DNA of 28,485 bases from Myxococcota bacterium (GTDB taxonomy: Bacteria > Myxococcota > XYA12-FULL-58-9 > JALHOP01), in assembly GCA_041288095.1 (NCBI GenBank), contig JBGGMJ010000130.1:1-28485 (forward strand). Direction: 5' to 3'. Shown here piece by piece: positions 1 to 8,100 of this stretch. A program made the position numbers and the translations under genes. Position 1 is the stretch's first letter; each line of letters opens with the position of its first letter. The notes beneath the pieces are model-generated. The model worked only from the letters and a program-made list of their open reading frames with translations. It was not told where the DNA came from and made no database searches.

Positions 1-2
1 AG

Positions 3-3000
3 TGTCGCCGCTTGGGCGCACGCCTCGCCAAGAACTACGACTACAAAGAAGCGAGTGAGTTCACGTCGATGCGCGCGCGCATCGAAACGCTCTTCGCCAA
101 GCACGAAGCGACGATCGGCACGCTGCGCAACGTCGCGACCGAGGGCGGGACGCTGAAGCGCCTGTTGCGCATGACGGTCGGTGCCCAAGGCGGACTCCAG
201 CTCGATGGCATCATTGCCGGTGTCGGTCGCGTGCTCGACGCGCAAGGGCCGGCCCGAGCCTATCTGCAAGACGTTTCCAAGCGGTTCCCCAGCGCGACCG
301 AGCAACTCATGCAGGTCTTGGGTCCGCGTCTCGACTGGTTCGAGACCGCCATCGTGAACGCCGGCACGACCCGTCAATCCGATCCATTGCTGCCGATCTT
401 CGACGGCGCGTGGCTCGGCAACGTGACCGCCGAGCTCCGCCGGGCCGAGCACACGGCTGGGCGCATCTGGAAGCTGGTCGACGGCCTGCCCGACAGCGTG
501 CGCGACCAGATGATGGTCGAGGTCGTCTCGGAAGACGCCATCAAGAGCGCCATGATCGAGAGCGCCGCACGCCGGCTCACCGAACGCCTCACCGGCCGCG
601 GCACCGACGCCAACAAGACCGCGTTCGACGTTGCAGCCGTACAGAGTCGGCCGCTGCCGGCGCTCGCTGGCCGGCCGAGGCTCGGCTACCTGTGCGCGGC
701 CCGAGGCATCCTGCAGGCGCCCGTGGAGCATGCCGTGGACATCGATCGCTTCGCGAGTGTCGCGCTCCGCGACGGTGATCGTCCCGCCTATTCCATCGAG
801 CACGAGCAGCGCGAAGAGGCGAAGCTCACCGACGCCGGCCGAGGTGACTACAACTTCTGGTGCCGCACGTTCGATCTCGACGCGCCACCGCATTCGTTCG
901 TCAACGAGCTCATGGGGTGGCGCACCTATCACGCGCCTGCTCTGCAAGAGATCGTCGCCCGCTGCGAAGCCGATGGCGACGCGCCCGATCTCGAGCGCAC
1001 CCTCGGCGAAATCGCTCAGCTCAGCTCCGGCACGCACTCCATCCCGGAGAGCGATGCACGTGGCGGCGTCGCGCGCATCGACAGCATCGCGCGACGTCTC
1101 GCGACGTCCGTGCAAGCCTTGGGCGATTTGACCCCCCTGCTCGACGTTTCGACACAACCTGTCTCCGTCCTGGTGGCGGCCGCGGCGGTGCTGCCGCGCG
1201 CCAAGGACAAGGCCGCGGCTCTGGAGCTCGTGACCCCGTGGCTGCGTCGACCCGACGCCCGCCTCCGCGAAGCCGCGCGCAAGTGCATCGCCGAGATTCG
1301 CGAGATCGGCGTGACCGACCTCATGGCTGAGCACCTGCGCGACAAAGATGATCGTCTCGTCCAGCTCTTGACGATGAACGACGTCGCCAATCTCCCCAAG
1401 GCATCGTGGGCGCTCGAGCACCTCGAAGAGCTGACCCGCGGTGAAGACGGCGCCGTCCGCGCCTTCGCAGCTCACACGCTCGCCACCCTCGCCAACAACG
1501 CGAAGGACCGCGGCGCGACAGAAGCCGGCAGCGTCTTGGTTCGCCTCCTCGGTCACGGCGACATCCACGTGGTGGAAGTGGCCTGCGAAGGGCTGCGTTC
1601 GCTCGCCGATGCGGGTAACGCCTTCACCAGCAAGCTCGCCGTCGACTGGGTGCTGCGCAATCGTCCGCATCCGCATGTTGCCGGCCTGCTCGAGCACATC
1701 GGCGAAAGCCAGCGCCTCATCGAGACCTTGACGCTCGAGGCTCGCGGCGCGCACGCGGCGCTGGTCGCCAAGCTCGGCGGCCAGGCCTCGCGGCCGCGCA
1801 TCGGCACCGCTTTTCGCAAGCTGAAAAGCAAGCAGGTCAGCCAGCGCAATCTCGCGGACACCGTGCTGAGCGCGGCCCGGGCGACGAAAGGCACGCCCGA
1901 CCTCGAAGCGGTGAGCGACCGCCTCAAGCTGGCGCTGCGACTGGTGAGCAAGTTCGAACACTGGACCACGACACTCGGCGCCGAGCTGCAAGACGCCCTC
2001 ACGACGCTCGACTACCCCGACGCCATCGTCGACGACGCCGTCGCCGAGCTGAGCGGCAAAGAGCCGCGCGGCTACCTCTCGAGTTGCCCCGAGCTGGTCA
2101 CGGCGATGTTCAGCTCGACCGATTTCTCGACCGCTGAGATCTGCGTCCTCGAGACCGGCCGCATCCCCGCGGAGCTCGCCGAGCTCGCGAACCATCCGAT
2201 CACGGCGGAAGGTTCGTGGCGGACTCTCAAGCTCGCGGACACGTTCAAGGACCCGGAGCGCTTCGGCGCGCTGGTCAAGGTCAAGCTGGCCTTGTCCTCG
2301 GATTTGCCGGGGCTGGTCGGCGAGGTCTTGGCGCACATCCTCGACAAGAAGACGCCGACCGCTATCGCGGGCATCGCCTACGACGCCATCGCCGATGTCC
2401 TCGAGTGTGAGATTCCCCTGCTCGATCCGAGGCTCGATGCCGAGCAGCGCAAGGAAGCGCTCGCGAAGGCGGAGCCCCTGGACCCGGCGATCGACGCGCT
2501 GGTCGAGCGCGCGGTGGTCGACCGCCTGGCGACGGTGGAGCCGACGAGCGAAGAAGCCAAGGCGCTCGTGCAGTACCTCGCGAGCGGCGAGTCCGCGGTT
2601 GCCCAGCGCCGCCTGAGCGACGCCATGGATCGCGCTATCAGCGAGCCGCAAGCGCGCCTCATCCTCGAGCCGGCACGCGCCCTGGCCCGCCGCCGCCAAA
2701 CCAGCGCGGACACGAAGACGCCGTGGCTCATCACCGTGCTGCGCGCGGCACCGCGAGCCACCATCGACCAAATCGTCACCGTGCGTGACGCTCGGCGCAC
2801 GACCGCCGCGGCAAGCGATCCCGCGAGCGTTGCTCTCGCGGGCGACCGCGTCGAGACTCTCGCGGCCGCGGTCATGGACAAGCGCGAGGACATCCCCGCG
2901 GATTTGCTCTCACCCCTGCTCGCCACCCTCGCCGACAGCGAGGACGACGCCAGCCGCCAAGCGAAGGTCGGCGGCCTCCGCGAAGTGATGTCCAACAAGG

Positions 3001-4787
3001 ACATTCCGTGGACGCCCGAGCGCATGAACGCCCTGCGCAACGGCTTGCTGGTCGTCCAGGCGAACAACCGTTACAACGCCATCGAGCGCAGCCTCGAGCA
3101 GGCACTCCGCTTTGCCGGACGTCTGCTCGACGCGAACCGCGGGCTCTCCGAGACGGACCTCGGCAAGCACTTCGAGATCCTGGCGCGCTGCTCCGACATG
3201 GACGCCAAGACCCAATACGCGAACAACGTCGTGAAGATGTACCTCGCGCTGGGCAGCGAAGGCACTCTGTCGCCGGTCTTCATCGAGCAAGTCGGCCGCT
3301 GGATTGCCGCGGTGGACGCGGGCACCGACACGCTATCGGAGCGCGATCGCAAGCGCGAAGTCGTTCTCTCGGGCCTGGTAGGTCTCTTGCCGCTCGACGA
3401 CGCGACCATCACACAACTGGTGCAGTCGTGCGCCGCCCTGTCGCTCCAGCGGACCGGCGATGTCTTCCGTGTCTTGAAGGATCGCATGGGAGAGGCACTG
3501 CTCACGCCCGACGACGTCAAGCGCATCGTCAGCAGCGGCGGCAGCGCCGAAGAGAACCTGTCGATCTTCGACAAGATGTTCGGCAGCCGCGTCTCGCTCA
3601 CGCGCTACAAGCCGAGCGCCCTCTCGACCTTCAACGACCCCCTCAAAGACGCCTGGAACGACAGCAACGAGGTCAAGGATGCCAAGCGCGCCATGCGCCG
3701 CAGTCTCGGCAGCCTCTTCGACGTCCTGGCGGCCCCGCGCGGGCAAGCCGCGGATGTCGAGCAAGTTGCCATCAGCAACCACGTCGGCAACTTCGTCTTC
3801 GGTGCGTGGTCACGTGGTGAAAACGAGGCGCGGAACGCGGAGCCGGCAAAGGCCTCCGGCAAGTCCGACAGGGCGACGGTGCTCTCGAGCGCCGACTACG
3901 CGGCTCACAAGGCGAACAGCGATCGCATCGAGGACGCGGCGCGCGCCCGCATCCTCGACGGCAAGCACCCCGTGGAGCAGCAGAGCCTGCTCATGATGCC
4001 GAACAGCATGGCCATCGCCAAGGCGTTCGACGGCTCCTTCGCTCGGACTATCGACACCGAGTGGGAGCCCGCCGCTCAGGGTCCGCGGCTCAACATGAAT
4101 CGTATGATCCTCTCCGAGCTCAACCGCATCGCCGCCGTCAGAGCGGCCGAGGAAGCCGAAGCTCGCGGTGAAACCGTCAACATCAGCGTCCCGAACGTCG
4201 ACGTTTGCGAGGTCCCGCGCGAGGTCGAAACAGAAACGAAGAACGTCAGGCTCCTCATCAACCTCATCATCGACAACTCGGACAGCACCAAGAAGCAGGA
4301 TCGTTTGGGCTACTTCAAACAGCTCTCGGTCATGCTGCTGAACTCATTCAGCGCCGTCGAGAAGCTCGAGCTGTCGAGCGCCCTGATCAGCTTCTCCGAC
4401 TTCGGCAACTTGCTGATGGCGCCCTCCCGCAAACACGACATCAAGACGATGGTCCAGGCGCTCGGCCCGATTGCGCCGGACCGGGGCACGAACCTCGCGG
4501 ACGGCCTCGACAAGAGCCGCGTCGCGGCGTCGACGGGCACCTACGACAAGGTGATTCATATCGTCCTCACCGACGGTCAACCCGATCGACTCGGCGATGC
4601 CCAGGCCGCGATCGCGACTCTGCGAGCCATGGGCCACGTCGTCGTCGGCTTCGGTGTCGGTCCCGACGCCCTCCATCTCGGCAACGTCTTCGGCGCCGGC
4701 GACACCATCTCCGAGAGCGATCCTGATCTGCTCTCCGGTCGCGTCTACAATTATTTGAAGGAAGTGGTGGACCGTGTTGCTAGTTGA
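3..4787 (+). CDS. Giant HEAT-repeat protein with C-terminal vWA (MIDAS) domain; 5'-truncated by the window edge
   Basis: The frame is open from base 3 (TGT CGC CGC TTG...), so the TTG at 12 is probably not the true start. HEAT-like units lie at ~1220-1610 (LVTPWLRRPDARLREAARKCIAEI; LEELTRGEDGAVRAFAAHTLATLA; LVRLLGHGDIHVVEVACEGLRSLA). The MIDAS is complete: LIIDNSDS (DxSxS, 4272-4286), GTN (T at 4488), IVLTDG (D at 4572). It is preceded by GPRLNMNRMI (4080-4109). Confidence 0.88.
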   Translation, partial: CRRLGARLAKNYDYKEASEFTSMRARIETLFAKHEATIGTLRNVATEGGTLKRLLRMTVGAQGGLQLDGIIAGVGRVLDAQGPARAYLQDVSKRFPSATEQLMQVLGPRLDWFETAIVNAGTTRQSDPLLPIFDGAWLGNVTAELRRAEHTAGRIWKLVDGLPDSVRDQMMVEVVSEDAIKSAMIESAARRLTERLTGRGTDANKTAFDVAAVQSRPLPALAGRPRLGYLCAARGILQAPVEHAVDIDRFASVALRDGDRPAYSIEHEQREEAKLTDAGRGDYNFWCRTFDLDAPPHSFVNELMGWRTYHAPALQEIVARCEADGDAPDLERTLGEIAQLSSGTHSIPESDARGGVARIDSIARRLATSVQALGDLTPLLDVSTQPVSVLVAAAAVLPRAKDKAAALELVTPWLRRPDARLREAARKCIAEIREIGVTDLMAEHLRDKDDRLVQLLTMNDVANLPKASWALEHLEELTRGEDGAVRAFAAHTLATLANNAKDRGATEAGSVLVRLLGHGDIHVVEVACEGLRSLADAGNAFTSKLAVDWVLRNRPHPHVAGLLEHIGESQRLIETLTLEARGAHAALVAKLGGQASRPRIGTAFRKLKSKQVSQRNLADTVLSAARATKGTPDLEAVSDRLKLALRLVSKFEHWTTTLGAELQDALTTLDYPDAIVDDAVAELSGKEPRGYLSSCPELVTAMFSSTDFSTAEICVLETGRIPAELAELANHPITAEGSWRTLKLADTFKDPERFGALVKVKLALSSDLPGLVGEVLAHILDKKTPTAIAGIAYDAIADVLECEIPLLDPRLDAEQRKEALAKAEPLDPAIDALVERAVVDRLATVEPTSEEAKALVQYLASGESAVAQRRLSDAMDRAISEPQARLILEPARALARRRQTSADTKTPWLITVLRAAPRATIDQIVTVRDARRTTAAASDPASVALAGDRVETLAAAVMDKREDIPADLLSPLLATLADSEDDASRQAKVGGLREVMSNKDIPWTPERMNALRNGLLVVQANNRYNAIERSLEQALRFAGRLLDANRGLSETDLGKHFEILARCSDMDAKTQYANNVVKMYLALGSEGTLSPVFIEQVGRWIAAVDAGTDTLSERDRKREVVLSGLVGLLPLDDATITQLVQSCAALSLQRTGDVFRVLKDRMGEALLTPDDVKRIVSSGGSAEENLSIFDKMFGSRVSLTRYKPSALSTFNDPLKDAWNDSNEVKDAKRAMRRSLGSLFDVLAAPRGQAADVEQVAISNHVGNFVFGAWSRGENEARNAEPAKASGKSDRATVLSSADYAAHKANSDRIEDAARARILDGKHPVEQQSLLMMPNSMAIAKAFDGSFARTIDTEWEPAAQGPRLNMNRMILSELNRIAAVRAAEEAEARGETVNISVPNVDVCEVPREVETETKNVRLLINLIIDNSDSTKKQDRLGYFKQLSVMLLNSFSAVEKLELSSALISFSDFGNLLMAPSRKHDIKTMVQALGPIAPDRGTNLADGLDKSRVAASTGTYDKVIHIVLTDGQPDRLGDAQAAIATLRAMGHVVVGFGVGPDALHLGNVFGAGDTISESDPDLLSGRVYNYLKEVVDRVAS

Positions 4788-5175
4788 TTCCATGTCCCGC
4801 CGCGCGAGCAAGCAGCTCGCCTATGCCGCGCGCTTCGAGCACCCGACCTTCCTCTACGGCACCAAGCTGGAGGTCGCCGCCGCTCACCTCGAGATCGAGC
4901 GCGCCGCCGGCAGCCGCGTCGAGCTGCTCGACCAGCGCACCATCATGGATGCGACCTTACTCGAGCAGAAGCTCGCTAAAGCGAACAAGCTGCACATTGC
5001 CATCGACTGGATCGTGACCCCCGAGATCGTCGAGACCTTCCGCCGTGCGTTCACGGTCCGCGGGTCGCGCCGATTCTTCGCGGTTCTCTCGAGCTGCGTC
5101 ACCTTGCCCAGCGACCTCGGCGTCGATCTGCGTGACGTGTTCTCGATTCTCATCGCCTGGGACGAGGTGCTGTAA
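4774..5175 (+). CDS. Small hypothetical protein, probable degenerate stand-alone AAA+ alpha/beta core
   Basis: It fills the gap between the two giant ORFs. The GTG at 4774 overlaps the upstream stop (alternative ATG at 4792), and its TAA overlaps the next ATG (TAATG, 5173-5177). Third codon positions are GC-rich. Segments KQLAYAARFEHPTFLYG, HIAIDWI, RRFFAVLSS and LGVDLRDVF parallel AAA core motifs. Confidence 0.75.
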   Translation: MLLVDSMSRRASKQLAYAARFEHPTFLYGTKLEVAAAHLEIERAAGSRVELLDQRTIMDATLLEQKLAKANKLHIAIDWIVTPEIVETFRRAFTVRGSRRFFAVLSSCVTLPSDLGVDLRDVFSILIAWDEVL

Positions 5176-8100
5176 TGCGACGTGTAAGCGGACTCAAAGC
5201 CAAGGCTGGCGCGGAAGGCGCGACCGAATCGACGGAGCAACCCCAGAGCAGACCCGCCGCCCTCCGCATGCAGAACGCCGCGGAGTTCTACCAGGTCCTC
5301 GGCGAGCGCCACTTCGGCGACGCCTCGACCCCGGTCGACGCCGCTCAGCTTGCCAACGTGCTCGGCGTCCATCGCTTCCGCGAGATGACCGCGCGCGTCC
5401 GCGATGAGGAAATCCGCAAGGCGGCGACCACACCGGGCGCGACGGTCACTCCAGATCGAATCTTCCGCGCCTGGGCAGGCCTCTTGGTCGACGACCTCAA
5501 GCGTCAGACCAACGCACCGGCGGACAGCGAAAGCGCCTTCAAGGAGGCGCTCGGCTGGGGCGAGAAGGTCCTGCTCGAGATGCGCTCGGAGCGGCGAATC
5601 GTCTACCGCAAGACCCTGCAGTCGACGACCGACTTCATCGGCATGGTCGGCGCTTACGAGCCCGAGGTTGCTCTGGCGCGCGAGCTCGCGAAGCGCGCCG
5701 AGCTCGGAGGCAGCAGCATCCTCATCGACGCGCTCGAGCGGTGCTACGTGCCCGGGGACATCCAACGCGCCATGGCCGCGCAGGTCACGACCCTCCCGAA
5801 AATCGCCAGCACCGCTCCTCAGGCACCCGCCGCGCTGGTGCAGGTGCGCCTCGACGACCTCGGCATCATCGACACCGTGCTGCTCGGCGACAACGCCTAC
5901 ATCTCCGAGATCGCGAAGCTCCGACAGAGCCTCGGCCTCAAGCGCTCTGTGCCCGGCTTGCAGCTCAACCTGCGCGATCAGGTCGACGGTCCGCTGGAGC
6001 TGCGTGAGACCTTCGGACGGCTCGCCGCCTCCCTCACCACCGGTGTCGACCAAGCGGCGCGTGAGCTCATCGTCATGCTGGCTCGCTTGCAGTCGAGCCC
6101 CGAGGTCACCACCGCGGTGAAGAAAGTGGCCTTCCTCCAGGTCGACGCGACCTTGCGGCGACTCTCGAAGGAAGCAACGGCGGCCGGCACTCAGTCGGCC
6201 GTGTTCGCGTCGTTCGCGAAGGCTTTGGTCGAAGTGCGGGCCAAGTTCGAGGAGGAGTTCCACAAGGCAGCCGGGAACAAGCTCGATCCGGCGATGCCGA
6301 AGATGCTGCGCGACAGCGTCGACAGTCTCATCAGCGACGTCTTCAAGGTCACCGGCGATGCCTTCTTCGCCGCCGAGCATATGGCCACCGCGAAAGACCC
6401 TGGCGCCATCCTGTTGCGCAAGGTGCTCGACGCTCCGGCGCGCGACGCGCTCGTCAACGCTGCCTTGTCACAAGCCTCGACGCCGGCGGCGCGCGCGGCA
6501 CAGATCGCGTTGATCGCGGACAAGGCGAAACGTGAAGCCGAGCTCGCCAAGCTCGTGGCGGCACACAAGGACTTCCGCCCCCCGGCGGAAGCTTCGGCGT
6601 TGCTCTTGTCGTGGCCCACCGACGTGCCACGGCCCAACACCGAACAAGCCGCCAAAGAAGACCGCGTCAAGCAGCTCGCGAGCCTCGGCGACAACAAGCT
6701 GGAACAGCTCATCGAGCAGGGCCTCGGCGAAACCGAAATCTTCAGCGAGCTCCTGCGCTTGGGTGGCCAGGGCCGCTTCCACGTGGGCGTCGACGACAGC
6801 AAGATCCCTCCGGCCATCGAGAAGATCATCCAGGGCCAGGCCAAGCCGGACAAGAACGCTTGGTTCGGCGGCGACACGCTGACGCCGCTGCTCGAGTCGC
6901 CCGCTATCGCGGCGCTGCCGGCGCAAATGTTGGCCGGCGCCAACGACGACGACGTGCGTAAGAGCTTGATCCGCGCCATTCGTAGCCAGAACGGCCAGCT
7001 CATCCACGAGGAGAAGGGCCTCCGCGCGCTGTTGCGGCACCCCGACCCGAAGTGCCGGATCAAGCTGCGGACCGTGCTCGAGGCGTTGGATCACACCGAC
7101 AAGAACCCCGATCCCGCGATGCCCGGACGCACGCTGAGCGCCGTCGAGCCGGGCATCAACGTGATCTTCGCTTATCGCGTCCTCGTGGAGTGCAGCATCG
7201 GCCTCGGCGCCGCGTCGGACGACGACATCCGCGCCGCTGGGCGTAAGCTGCTCAAGCGGACCGGCATCTCGTGCCTCGCGCCCTACGCGAGCATGTCGCT
7301 CGAAGAAAATCTCAACATGCTGATCAAGAAGCCGACTGACGGCGTGCCGCCGGACAGCCCGCACTTCTTGGCGTTGCTCGACCACCTGGACTTGCCCGAG
7401 ACCGCGCTCACCTCGATCGCCGCTCGCGATGATCTCGACGCGTTCCCGCCATCCACCCTCTTCGAGCTCTTCACGCGCTCCGTCGAAGACAAGTCCGTGC
7501 CCGTCGAAACGGTGGCCACTCTTACCGTCGCCGCGACCACGCTTCGCGCGAGCGGTACCAACGATGTCCATGCGACCAACGTGTGGGCGACCTTCAACGA
7601 TCTCGCCACGCGCAAGTACGACGCGAAGCTCGGGTCGCTCATCCTAGCCGGGATGTCCGGTAAAGCGAACATCGACGTCGTCTACCGGGCCGCCGCGTCA
7701 CTCGCCGCTGAAGGCCAGCTCTTCGACGCCAACGAGGTAGCCAACGCGGTCATGGCGCGCGATCCGGTCGCGACGCAAGCGCTCGTCAACGAGCTCGGTG
7801 CCCAGGCCCCGAAGTTCTTCCAAGCGCTGTCACTGGAAACGCGCGCGAAGCTTCTCGAGCGGGTCCTGAAGGGGCTCGAGTCCGCGACCGACGCCTCGGT
7901 GCTCGACATGGCCGGTCCCTGCTTCCAGCGCCTCGCGGAGCTGACCGCGGCTGGTCATCAGCCTGGCAAGGACATGGTCGCGGCGCTCGAGGGCATCGTC
8001 ATCAACGCGGTCACGCGCGTCGCCAAGAATCCACTCGAGACCGCGGCGCTGGCGCAAATCTTCGCCGACGCCCAAAGCAGCGGCGTCGACATCGCCAAGG

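Noticed and set aside
4884..6380. 498-aa minus-strand ORF, and similar long antisense ORFs at 6468-7571, 8799-9740, 20060-21406 and 24754-26049
   Set aside because: These are shadow ORFs opposite well-supported genes. High GC and codon bias deplete stops in the antisense frame, and the translations have no recognisable motifs.
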